Shown here one piece after another: positions 17,628-25,987 of a stretch of DNA of 40,711 bases. The stretch spans positions 1 through 40,711 of the forward strand of contig JADFDR010000002.1 of the NCBI GenBank assembly GCA_018262735.1, in the 5' to 3' direction. A program made the translations under genes and the position numbers. The notes beneath the pieces were generated by a model. The model was not told the DNA's origin, did no database searches, and worked only from the letters and a program-made list of their open reading frames with translations. Source of the DNA: Geobacter sp. Lineage in GTDB: Bacteria > Myxococcota_A > UBA9160 > JADFDR01. How positions within the stretch are numbered: position 1 is the stretch's first letter; the number at the start of each line of letters is the position of its first letter.

Positions 17628-18944
17628 ATGGACGGCGCACTCACCGGAATCCGCGTAATCGAACTTGGCGAAGGCATTTCCGCTGCCTTTGCCGCGAAAC
17701 TTTTTGCGGACTACGACGCGGAAGTCATCAAAGTCGAATTGCCGCGCTCGCCTTGCGCAAGCGATCCGACGGAAACACACGATGCGGGCAACGTCGCGCA
17801 ACCCGCCGACGTTTCGCGACTGGGCGACGTCACGCGAAGCTGGGGACCGTTTCCAGGCGACGTGCCCGATCCCGAAAAAAGCGGCGCCTTCTTTTTCTTG
17901 AACACGAACAAGCGCGGTCTCGCGCTCGACTTCACTTGCGACAAAGGGCGCGAACTTTTGCTTCGCCTCATCGCCGAAGCCGACGTGCTCATTGAAAACT
18001 TTTCGCCACGACAAATGCGCGAATGGAAGCTCGACTGGGCGACGCTCGAAAAAATCAATCCAAAACTCGTGATGATTTCCATTACGCCGTTCGGTCAGAC
18101 CGGCCCGTACGCCGACTGGAAAGGCTACGACCTGAATGCGTTTCATCTTTCGGCGACGGGCACGCGCTACTGCGGTGTGCCCGACCAAGCGCCGCTCGAG
18201 CACGGCACCTTTTCCGCCGAATTTTTCGGGGCCTACTGTGCCGTAACCTGGGGACTGGCGGCGGTGATCGGCCGCGACTTGGTGGCGCAAGATGACGCAG
18301 AGAATGAAAAAAGTGGGGGTGGCCAACACATCGACGTGTCATGCGCCGAAACCGTGGCCGCACTCTTCGTCGGAGCGCAAAACATCGGGGGCTATGCCCA
18401 GGACGGAAAATCAGGAACACGAACGGGTGTCGGAATGCCGCTCGCCGCGCCTGCCACGATCATTCCCTGCCAAGACGGCTACGTGTGGATGATGGCGCTT
18501 GAAACCGGGCAGTGGCACGGGCTCGTGCGCGCGATGGGCAATCCCGATTGGGCGCAGCTCGATCTCTTCGACGATATGTTCGAACGCGCTCAAAACTCCG
18601 ACATGATTTATGCCTTCCTCTACGAGTGGGCCGCGGCGCACACCAAGCAGGAGATCATGGATTTGTGTCAGGCGAACGGTTGCCCAACCACGGCGGTGTT
18701 TACGGTCGCCGAGGCCGGCGAACACCCGCACCTGCGCGAGCGCAACTACCTCCGCGAGATCGCCCACGCCGCACTCGGCACCGTGCGCACCTTCGGCGCG
18801 CCAGTGCATCTCACGGCGTGCCCCGGCGGAGCGACGGCACCGGCGCCGCTCTTCGGCGAACACAACGCTGAAATTTTGGGTGTGCGGCTCGGCTTGTCGG
18901 TTGCAGAACAGTCTACACTTCGAAGCGTAGGAGTGATCGCATGA
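17628..18944 (+). CDS. family III CoA-transferase, Asp-containing subunit (A2, paralog of A1)
   Basis: LTGIRVIELGEGISAAFAAKLFADYDAEVIKVE and FGQTGPYADWKGYDLNAF. Start set to ATG 17628 (GAGGAG 4 nt upstream); the track ORF from 17310 adds a non-coding-looking extension. By eye roughly two-thirds identical to A1. Confidence 0.87.
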   Translation: MDGALTGIRVIELGEGISAAFAAKLFADYDAEVIKVELPRSPCASDPTETHDAGNVAQPADVSRLGDVTRSWGPFPGDVPDPEKSGAFFFLNTNKRGLALDFTCDKGRELLLRLIAEADVLIENFSPRQMREWKLDWATLEKINPKLVMISITPFGQTGPYADWKGYDLNAFHLSATGTRYCGVPDQAPLEHGTFSAEFFGAYCAVTWGLAAVIGRDLVAQDDAENEKSGGGQHIDVSCAETVAALFVGAQNIGGYAQDGKSGTRTGVGMPLAAPATIIPCQDGYVWMMALETGQWHGLVRAMGNPDWAQLDLFDDMFERAQNSDMIYAFLYEWAAAHTKQEIMDLCQANGCPTTAVFTVAEAGEHPHLRERNYLREIAHAALGTVRTFGAPVHLTACPGGATAPAPLFGEHNAEILGVRLGLSVAEQSTLRSVGVIA

Positions 18945-20161
18945 GCAAAGCTCTTCCCTTGCAAGGCCTGCGCGTGGCGAATTTCGGTTGGGGCTGGCTC
19001 GGACCGGTCGCCGGACAAACGCTCGGCTTTCTCGGCGCCGAGGTCTACAAGATCGAGTCGCACGCGCGCGTCGACATCAATCGCACCTTGCCGCCGTTTG
19101 CCGAAGGCAAGCGTGACTTCGATCGAAGTTTGCAAAACCACGCCGGCTGGGCCGGCAACGGCAGCGTGACGATCAATCTCAAAAAAACGGCCGGCCAAGC
19201 ACTCGCACGCGAACTCGTCGCGAAGTGCGACGTGGTGCTCGAAAACTTCGGCCCCGGCGTGATGGACAAGCTCGGCCTTGGCTACTCGGAATTGTGTAAG
19301 GTGCGGCCGGATGTGATCTTGGTTTCGATGCCCGCTGCAGGACTCACGGGGCCACTGCGCCACGTGCGCACCTACGGCATGAGTCTGAGCAGCATCACGG
19401 GGCTCGATAGTCTCACCGGCTATGTCGATGGCCCACCGATACCGATGGAAAACGCATACGCCGATCCGCTCGGTGGCATCATCGGTGCGTTCGCGGCGCT
19501 GCTCGCATTGCGCTTTCGCAAGCGAACCGGCAAAGGTCAACTCGTCGATCTCTCGCAACAAGAAGGCATCTTGCAAATGGTCGGCCCGGCCTGGATGGAT
19601 TACGCCTTCAACGGTCGCGTAGCCAAGCCGATCGGCAATCGCCATCCGCTCTCCGTCGGTGCGCCACACGGCGTGTTCCCGTGCGTGGGCGACGATCGCT
19701 GGATCAGCATCGCAGTGCTCTGCGAAGCGGAATGGCATGGTTTGGTGGCGGCAATGAAGTCGCCCGCGTGGGCCACGGCGGTGGAATTTTCGTCGTCACA
19801 AAAACGTGTCGCAAACATCGAAGCGCTTCATCAAAAAATCGCAGAGTGGACGCGCGGGTTCGACAACCAAGAATTGGCAGCGTTACTCCAGACGCACGGT
19901 GTCGCCGCCGCGCCGGTGCTTGCAGTGGCCGACTTGCTCTCCAATCCGCAACTCCAAGCGCGCAACACGTTCATGGAAGTCACACATCCACTCGGCTTTC
20001 GCGAAACGATCTACGGCGCTTATGTGAAGACGAGCCGCACCGAGCCGCGCATCACGCCCGGCCCGGCGATGGGCTGCGACAACGAGCACGTCTTTCGTTC
20101 GCTTCTGGGCCGTTCGGAAGTGGATTACCAACAGCTCGTGCACGACGAAGTGATCTTTTGA
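18941..20161 (+). CDS. family III CoA-transferase-like subunit lacking the canonical Asp (B2, paralog of B1)
   Basis: LRVANFGWGWLGPVAGQTLGFLGAEVYKIE. The loop reads GLTGPLRHVRTYGMSL, with no Asp. ATGA overlap with A2, and AGGAG 7 nt upstream. Confidence 0.87.
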   Translation: MSKALPLQGLRVANFGWGWLGPVAGQTLGFLGAEVYKIESHARVDINRTLPPFAEGKRDFDRSLQNHAGWAGNGSVTINLKKTAGQALARELVAKCDVVLENFGPGVMDKLGLGYSELCKVRPDVILVSMPAAGLTGPLRHVRTYGMSLSSITGLDSLTGYVDGPPIPMENAYADPLGGIIGAFAALLALRFRKRTGKGQLVDLSQQEGILQMVGPAWMDYAFNGRVAKPIGNRHPLSVGAPHGVFPCVGDDRWISIAVLCEAEWHGLVAAMKSPAWATAVEFSSSQKRVANIEALHQKIAEWTRGFDNQELAALLQTHGVAAAPVLAVADLLSNPQLQARNTFMEVTHPLGFRETIYGAYVKTSRTEPRITPGPAMGCDNEHVFRSLLGRSEVDYQQLVHDEVIF

Positions 20162-20164
20162 AGA

Positions 20165-20220
20165 TTGTCAGGTTTCTTGACGAACATGGAACCCCTCGGT
20201 AAGGTCAAGTTTCCTGACAA
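20165..20220 (+). promoter_or_regulatory. paired palindromic sites (or interrupted hairpin) overlapping a promoter-like TTGACG-17-TAAGGT
   Basis: GTCAGGTTTCTTGAC (20167-20181) and GTCAAGTTTCCTGAC (20204-20218) lie in inverted orientation. TTGACG (20177-20182), a 17-nt spacer and TAAGGT (20200-20205) sit between and over them. The element starts 4 nt after the B2 stop. Confidence 0.4.
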
Positions 20221-20345
20221 AACGGCTCTGCCGCAGCAAGCGACACCAAAAAGAGACACTTGAAGAACTTGTGCAGGCAAGCTGGCAACCTTGCTTTGTG
20301 CGACGCACAGAGAACAAACGCGCGCGCCGGCGACACGACTCGCGC

Positions 20346-20389
20346 GGGCTGCGAAAGCGCGGGTTGCAAAGAAAGGGCTGCGAAAGCGC
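20346..20389 (+). repeat. two perfect 15-bp direct repeats GGGCTGCGAAAGCGC, 29-nt period
   Basis: 20346-20360 and 20375-20389, read directly. They lie 50-95 nt upstream of the thiolase-like gene start. Confidence 0.8.
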
Positions 20390-20439
20390 ACGGCTTTTCT
20401 ACAGCAACCAAGGCACGCAAGCAGACGGAGGAGATGGAA

Positions 20440-21609
20440 ATGGGTTCTTTCAAAAATCAAGCCTGTATCGTCGGTATCGGGCAGACGAAATACTCGCGCG
20501 GTCCCGGGACCGGCAAAACGGATTTGAGCCTGCAGCTCGAAGCCTCGATCGCGGCGCTCGACGATGCGGGCCTCCAACGAAGCGACATCGACGGTGTGCT
20601 GCCCTTCGTTTGTCTCGGCATCGCCGAAGAATTTGCGGTGCATCTCGGCATCGAAGATCTCCGTTACCAATCCACTTCCCATCTGGGCGGCGCAGCGCCC
20701 GGAGCTTCGCTCGCCAACGCCGCAATGGCCGTGACGGCGGGACTCGCAGACACCATTCTGATTCCGGGTGGTTGGTACGGCTTTTCGGGACGACGCGTGC
20801 GCGAAGTCGTCGTGGCCGACACCACCGTCATGTCGGGCGGCCCGACGGCGCGCGATTTTTATTTTCCATTCGGTCTGACCGCACCGCCGCAATGGTTTTC
20901 GTTTATCGCTCGCCGACACATGCATGAGTATGGTACGAAATCGGAACAACTCGGCGCGATCGCGGTCGCGCAGCGCAAGCACGCGCAACTCAACCCTCAC
21001 GCACTGACGCGCGGCAAGGAACTCACACTCGAGAAGTATCTCTCATCGGCGGTGATCTCCGATCCGTATCGCCTTTTCGATTGCTCACTCGAAGCCGACG
21101 GTGCAGCAGCCTTCATCGTGACCACCGCCGAGCGCGCGCGCGATCTCAAGCAAAAGCCGATCTATGTGATGAGCGTGACGCAAGGTCAACCCTATCCCGC
21201 AGACGATCTCGTAACCCGCGACGATGTGTTCCAACTCGGACTCACCTCGGCGGCGCCGCGCGCGTTTGCGATGGCCGGCGTCACGCACGACGACATCGAC
21301 TTCGCGCAAATCTACGATCCGTTCACGTTCCAAGTTTTGCAGCAGATCGAAGAGCTGGGTTTCTGCAAACGCGGCGAAGGTGGCGCATTCGTCGAGGGTG
21401 GCCGCATCGAACTCGGTGGCAAACTGCCCGTGAACACGCACGGCGGACTTCTCTCCGAAGCGCATGTGCTCGGCATGAACCACTTCGTGGAAGCCGTGCG
21501 GCAACTTCGCGGCGAGGCCGGTGAGCGCCAAGTGCAAGACGCCGAGATCGGGCTCGTGACCGGCTTTGGCGATTTCGGAGATGGCAGCATCGCCATCTTG
21601 CGTCGTTAA
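20440..21609 (+). CDS. thiolase-superfamily (SCP2-type) protein lacking the nucleophilic Cys (T1)
   Basis: ACIVGIGQTKYSRG, LFDCSLEADGAAA and NTHGGLLSEAHVLGMNH. The position of the thiolase xxACxSG nucleophile reads HLGGAAPGASL. Start set to ATG 20440 (GGAGGAG 6 nt upstream). Confidence 0.85.
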   Translation: MGSFKNQACIVGIGQTKYSRGPGTGKTDLSLQLEASIAALDDAGLQRSDIDGVLPFVCLGIAEEFAVHLGIEDLRYQSTSHLGGAAPGASLANAAMAVTAGLADTILIPGGWYGFSGRRVREVVVADTTVMSGGPTARDFYFPFGLTAPPQWFSFIARRHMHEYGTKSEQLGAIAVAQRKHAQLNPHALTRGKELTLEKYLSSAVISDPYRLFDCSLEADGAAAFIVTTAERARDLKQKPIYVMSVTQGQPYPADDLVTRDDVFQLGLTSAAPRAFAMAGVTHDDIDFAQIYDPFTFQVLQQIEELGFCKRGEGGAFVEGGRIELGGKLPVNTHGGLLSEAHVLGMNHFVEAVRQLRGEAGERQVQDAEIGLVTGFGDFGDGSIAILRR

Positions 21610-21636
21610 CACTTTTTTGAGTAGAACGAGGGAATC

Positions 21637-22059
21637 ATGAGCGAACAATCCTATGCGAAACCATTGCCGCTGATGCGCGGCTCCACGAAAGAATTTTACG
21701 ATCACTGCAAAAACGGAGAGCTGCGCTTTCAGCGCTGCACGGATTGCGGCAAATGGCGGCACGTGCCGCGCGAGATGTGTGCGAAGTGCGGTTCGTGGAA
21801 CTGGGAATGGGCGCGCTCGTCGGGGCGCGGCGAAGTGTTCACCTGGACCGTCGTGCAGCGCGCGATGCATCCTGCATTCCCGGGTGACGTGCCCTATGCG
21901 CCGGCCATCATCCAAATGCAGGAAGGTGTGCGACTCGTGAGCTGGGTCGCCGATTGTCCGCCGGAAGAACTCAAAATGGGCATGCCGGTGGAAGTGATCT
22001 TCGAGCGTGTTACCGACGAAGTCACGCTGCCGAAGTTCAAGCGCGCGGCAAAACGCTGA
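21637..22059 (+). CDS. DUF35 Zn-ribbon / OB-fold protein (D1)
   Basis: 140 aa with a four-Cys ribbon (RCTDCGKWRHVPREMCAKCGS) followed by an OB-like tail. Lies 27 nt after T1. Confidence 0.88.
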   Translation: MSEQSYAKPLPLMRGSTKEFYDHCKNGELRFQRCTDCGKWRHVPREMCAKCGSWNWEWARSSGRGEVFTWTVVQRAMHPAFPGDVPYAPAIIQMQEGVRLVSWVADCPPEELKMGMPVEVIFERVTDEVTLPKFKRAAKR

Positions 22060-22149
22060 GCGCGGTCGCACGCAACTTGCGGCTCAAATCGATTCGCAAG
22101 TTTTTGTGACGCAAATTTGTTTCGATGATTTCATCTCGGGGAGTAGTGC

Positions 22150-22908
22150 ATGGCCATTCAAGAATTTTTGTACGAAAAGCGCGATCACATCGCGATCATG
22201 ACTTTCAATCGCCCGGAGCAAAGCAATTGTTTCACGGCAGAGATGATCGACGAACTCTATGCTTGCTTCGATGACTTCAACGCCGATCCCGATCTTTGGG
22301 TGGCGATCCTCGCCGGCAACGGCAAGAACTGGTGTGCGGGCGGCGACCTCGAATCACTGATTCCGGCGATCAACTCCGGCCGCTACAAAATCAACGAAGA
22401 TCCGACGAAGCGCGTCTACAGCGATATTTTCAAACCAATCATCACCGCCGTGAATGGCTTTGCGACGCTCGAACTGGTGCTCGGCGCCGATCTCTGCGTC
22501 GCCGGCGAAGGTGCGCGCTTTGCACTCGGCGAAGTGCGCTGGGGCATGATTCCGGCGGGCGGTTCGCACATTCGCCTGCCGCGCGCCGTGCCGTGGGCAA
22601 TCGCAATGGAACTCTTGCTCACCGGCGGTTCGATCGACGCCAAGCGCGCCTACGACGTCGGCCTCATAAACCGATTGGTGTCACCCGATCAGGTGTTCCC
22701 GGAAGCGCTGAAGATCGCCGAGGCGATTTGCAAGAATGGGCCGCTCGCGGTGCAAACCGCCAAAGAAATCGCAGTGCGCGCCTGGGAACACGAGCGTGGC
22801 TTCGTGCTCGAAAACGCGCTCTTTCAACGCGTGAGCCGCTCCGAAGACGCCGCCGAAGGGCCACGCGCCTACCAAGAAAAACGTAAGCCTGTGTTCAAAG
22901 GACGCTAA
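22150..22908 (+). CDS. enoyl-CoA hydratase/isomerase family protein (E1), divergent active-site loop
   Basis: HIAIMTFNRPEQSNCF, WCAGGDL and GEVRWGMIPAGGSHIRLPR. GGGGAG lies 6 nt upstream of ATG 22150. The GG oxyanion loop is shortened (NGFATLEL). Confidence 0.87.
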   Translation: MAIQEFLYEKRDHIAIMTFNRPEQSNCFTAEMIDELYACFDDFNADPDLWVAILAGNGKNWCAGGDLESLIPAINSGRYKINEDPTKRVYSDIFKPIITAVNGFATLELVLGADLCVAGEGARFALGEVRWGMIPAGGSHIRLPRAVPWAIAMELLLTGGSIDAKRAYDVGLINRLVSPDQVFPEALKIAEAICKNGPLAVQTAKEIAVRAWEHERGFVLENALFQRVSRSEDAAEGPRAYQEKRKPVFKGR

Positions 22909-22911
22909 GCG

Positions 22912-23376
22912 ATGCCCCATCATCCCGAGCTGCAGCGCTTGATGGATCTCGAAGCGATTCGCGATCTGGTGCACCGCTACGCGCATTACGTTTGGCAAAA
23001 AGACATGCCGCGCATGATCGATCTCTTCCGCGACGATGGCCGCATGGCCGTCGACACGCAGCCAGCGCTTTGTGGCCGCGCCGCTTTGCTCGAATTCTAC
23101 GGCCAGATGCGCAACGACTCGGAGTTCTTGCCCTTCGTACACAATCATGTGATCGATCTCGAAGGCGATCGCGCCACCGGCACTTGCTACATCGATCTGC
23201 GCGCCACGATCGGCGGCCGCAGCATGATCGGCTCGGGATACTACGACGACGTGTACGTGCGCAGCGCGCCCGGCGCCGAAGGCTGGCGGTTTTTATCCCG
23301 CCACCTGCACATGCGGTATTTGGTTCCGATCACCCAAGGCTGGGCCGAAACGCAACGCGATCCCTCGGCGCGCTGA
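22912..23376 (+). CDS. NTF2-like / SnoaL-family protein
   Basis: 154 aa. LEAIRDLVHRYAHYVWQKDMPRMIDLF is typical of SnoaL_4-type proteins. Lies 3 nt after E1. Confidence 0.7.
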   Translation: MPHHPELQRLMDLEAIRDLVHRYAHYVWQKDMPRMIDLFRDDGRMAVDTQPALCGRAALLEFYGQMRNDSEFLPFVHNHVIDLEGDRATGTCYIDLRATIGGRSMIGSGYYDDVYVRSAPGAEGWRFLSRHLHMRYLVPITQGWAETQRDPSAR

Positions 23377-23462
23377 ACGCGTTGCTACGAAAATAGCTGC
23401 TCCACTCGCGGAAAACTCAATGCGAAGGCGCCTCGGATCCATTTCATTTCCCGCAAATCAGG

Positions 23463-23492
23463 GTTGATGTTTTCCGTCGGTGGAATATCAAC
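23463..23492. terminator. hairpin between convergent genes (candidate bidirectional terminator)
   Basis: GTTGAT (23463-23468) pairs with ATCAAC (23487-23492), and the stem extends with A-T and G-T pairs. It sits between the NTF2-like stop (23376) and the FTR1 stop (23573). Confidence 0.3.
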
Positions 23493-23572
23493 TCGTCTTT
23501 CGAAAGTAGGATGAATCGGAGGCTCCCTACGTTTTCGCGCGTGGAGCAGATGCTATTCGCTACACAAAAAAG

Positions 23573-25831
23573 TTATGCTTGTTTTTGCGGTGCAGCCGGC
23601 TTGAACGCAATCACCGCGAAGGCCACGAGCGCCGCCACGATCAAGAGCAACTGCGCCAGCGCAGTTTCGAGATTCGACGCCATGCCAAGCCAAGAAAATC
23701 CGGGCCACCACGACACCGGCGTTGCGTGAATCCATCCGGCTTCTTGCAACTCGACAATACCGCCACCGACGAAACGCAAGGCAAGCACGTAGAGCAACGC
23801 CCCGGTGCACGCAAAGAACGGGCGTAGCGGAATCTTCATGCTAAAGCGCAAGACACCGATCCACACCACGACCAACGCGAGACAACCCAGCACAAGACCC
23901 AAGAGAACTGCGCCCGTCGAACTCGCACCTCCCATCAAGGCACGGTAAAACAAGACGGTTTCGAAACCTTCGCGGTAAACGGCAAGGAAAGCCACGCTAA
24001 CCATCGCGAAGCGTGAACCCGAGCCAAGTGCATGATTGAGCTGCTTTTGGATATACGCTTGCCAGCGTTGCGCACTGATTCGCGAAAGCAGCCAATAGCT
24101 CACAAAGAACAAAATGACGGCCGCAAGCAACATGGTGACACCTTCAAGTGCCTCCTTGGCCATACCTACGTTGCGAAGTGCAAATTCAAAAATTCCGGCT
24201 GTGACGAAGCTCGCAACCACACCGCCAAGCGCACCTTCAAAGAGCCAGCGTCGCGCTGCGAGATGTCCGCCTTTCAAAAGATATGCGGCCAGCGCGCTGA
24301 TCACCAAGATCGCTTCGAGACCTTCGCGCAAAATGATCAAGAGCGACGCAATCAAACTACCGACGAAGCCGGTCTTTCCCGCCAGCAACTCTTCCGCCTT
24401 TTGGAGATCCGTGCGAATCTTTTCAAACTCTGCCGAAGCATCTTGCCGTTTTGACACTTTTGCGCGTAATGCGACGAATTGCGCTTCGAGCGCCTTCCCG
24501 AACGATTGGTCGATCGTGATCAATTTCTTCTCGACGGCCTCGAAGGCCATGTAGGCGCTGAGAACCTTGGAGGCCGCTTGATCCGGCGAAGCCTCGGCTT
24601 GAGACCGTGCTTCCTCGAGAATTTGGATCACGCGTTCGACCGCGCTGCCCTTTTCCTCTTTTTCAATACCGAGATCTGCTTGCAACAATTGGCGTAGTTC
24701 GGCCGCACGCATCTCGACTTCGTTCGGCTCGCGCTTCGCGTAAATCATTTCTCCAACTTCTTTTACGAGATCGGAAATTTCCGCGTTCTGAAGTTTTCCG
24801 ACGGAAAACCCCGCCTCGATGTCTCCCTGAAGTGTGCCCAAAAAGAGTCGTGTTTCGCCGTACTCGATCTTGTTCGCGACTTCCCCGCTTTGAACTGCGT
24901 CTTTGTACTCTTGCAGCAACAAATCGAGCGCCAAAAACATATGATGCGTGTCGAATGCCTGAACCTGATCGTCGCCTTCTCTCTGTGCGACGAAGGCAAT
25001 CTGCCTTGCCAAGCGTGCGGTTTCCGTCGCGTTGGCACGATGCGCTTCGATGGCAGCCAAACGCTGCGTTAGACCGGCATCCGAAAGATCGAAAGCCGCT
25101 GTGGCACGTTCTTGTGTATGGCAACTCGAACAGCGGTTGAACTCGGCAGGATCGGCCGATGCACCCGACGCGAGCGACCAGAGGAAAGCCACCGTGTCCC
25201 AGCGCTCCTGCGCCGTTAACACTTCGTCCCACGGAGGCATGGCCGAACCCGGAACGCCAATCGAGAGCACTTGGAAAAACTCTTCCGGCGTTTCGTTCTG
25301 CATGAATTCAACATCGATAAAATTGGCAGGCTTTGGGTCTTCGATTTCTGCGGCAAGTGGCCCCTGCCCGTCGCCCTGCTCCCCGTGACACGACGTGCAG
25401 TAGCGCGCAAAGAGTTTGCGACCTACTGCAATCGACGGTGTGCGCTCGGGTTTTTCGGAAACGATTCCCGCACCGTGCGCTTCGAGCCATTCCGCAAACA
25501 CTTCTTCGAGTCGTTTTACCTCCGCTCGTTCTGCAACGAGACTGCGAATTTTGGTCAACTCCTCCGAGGGAGCACCTTCTTCGAGTTCGGTGAGGATTGC
25601 TTCCGTGACCGCAAGCTCGCCCGCATCGACAACGACGCCACCTTGCACACTCTCACCATATTCTTGAATGGCGAGTTTCAGCATTTGATATTGGCGCTGC
25701 GGCGAAAGCTCGCTCTCGTGTGTATCCGAATGCGCAAAGCTTGTTTCGGGAAAGGCCCAAAGCAGCAAAGCGCACAACACGAGAATGTGTCGCAAAAAAG
25801 AAATGGCGCGGGCAGAAAACAAACTCAACAT
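23573..25831 (-). CDS. cytochrome c - FTR1/EfeU-family iron permease fusion
   Basis: Signal peptide MLSLFSARAISFLRHILVLCALLLWAFPETSFA. Two CXXCH sites (CTSCH, CSSCH). C-terminal permease with two REGxE motifs (REGLEAIL, REGFETVL). Start set to ATG 25831 (GAGGAG 6 nt upstream). Confidence 0.88.
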   Translation of the reverse strand: MLSLFSARAISFLRHILVLCALLLWAFPETSFAHSDTHESELSPQRQYQMLKLAIQEYGESVQGGVVVDAGELAVTEAILTELEEGAPSEELTKIRSLVAERAEVKRLEEVFAEWLEAHGAGIVSEKPERTPSIAVGRKLFARYCTSCHGEQGDGQGPLAAEIEDPKPANFIDVEFMQNETPEEFFQVLSIGVPGSAMPPWDEVLTAQERWDTVAFLWSLASGASADPAEFNRCSSCHTQERATAAFDLSDAGLTQRLAAIEAHRANATETARLARQIAFVAQREGDDQVQAFDTHHMFLALDLLLQEYKDAVQSGEVANKIEYGETRLFLGTLQGDIEAGFSVGKLQNAEISDLVKEVGEMIYAKREPNEVEMRAAELRQLLQADLGIEKEEKGSAVERVIQILEEARSQAEASPDQAASKVLSAYMAFEAVEKKLITIDQSFGKALEAQFVALRAKVSKRQDASAEFEKIRTDLQKAEELLAGKTGFVGSLIASLLIILREGLEAILVISALAAYLLKGGHLAARRWLFEGALGGVVASFVTAGIFEFALRNVGMAKEALEGVTMLLAAVILFFVSYWLLSRISAQRWQAYIQKQLNHALGSGSRFAMVSVAFLAVYREGFETVLFYRALMGGASSTGAVLLGLVLGCLALVVVWIGVLRFSMKIPLRPFFACTGALLYVLALRFVGGGIVELQEAGWIHATPVSWWPGFSWLGMASNLETALAQLLLIVAALVAFAVIAFKPAAPQKQA

Positions 25832-25966
25832 GAAACTCTCCTCAAAAATCTCGAATTCTTCGCCATCGCAAACGACACGACCCTTGGCGCAGCCGCCGCG
25901 CAGCCCACAGCAAAATCCCCTTCTTCCGTGAGTTCGCGGCACAGCGGTTCGAAAGTGCGTGCGCAT

Positions 25967-25987
25967 TATTGAATATGAATTTCAATA
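25967..25987. promoter_or_regulatory. Fur-box-like AT-rich palindrome TATTGAA-TATGAAT-TTCAATA
   Basis: 7-bp perfect arms, built of NATWAT-like hexamers (GAATAT, GAATTT, CAATAT). Lies ~135-155 nt upstream of the iron permease start. Confidence 0.35.

Noticed and set aside
23463-23492. TTGAT...ATCAA as an FNR/CRP-type box
   Set aside because: The half-sites are 18 nt apart rather than 4. The element sits between two convergent 3' ends, so a hairpin or terminator is the better reading.
25946-25954. GGTTCGAAA resembling a tRNA T-loop
   Set aside because: No acceptor, D or anticodon stems can be drawn around it.
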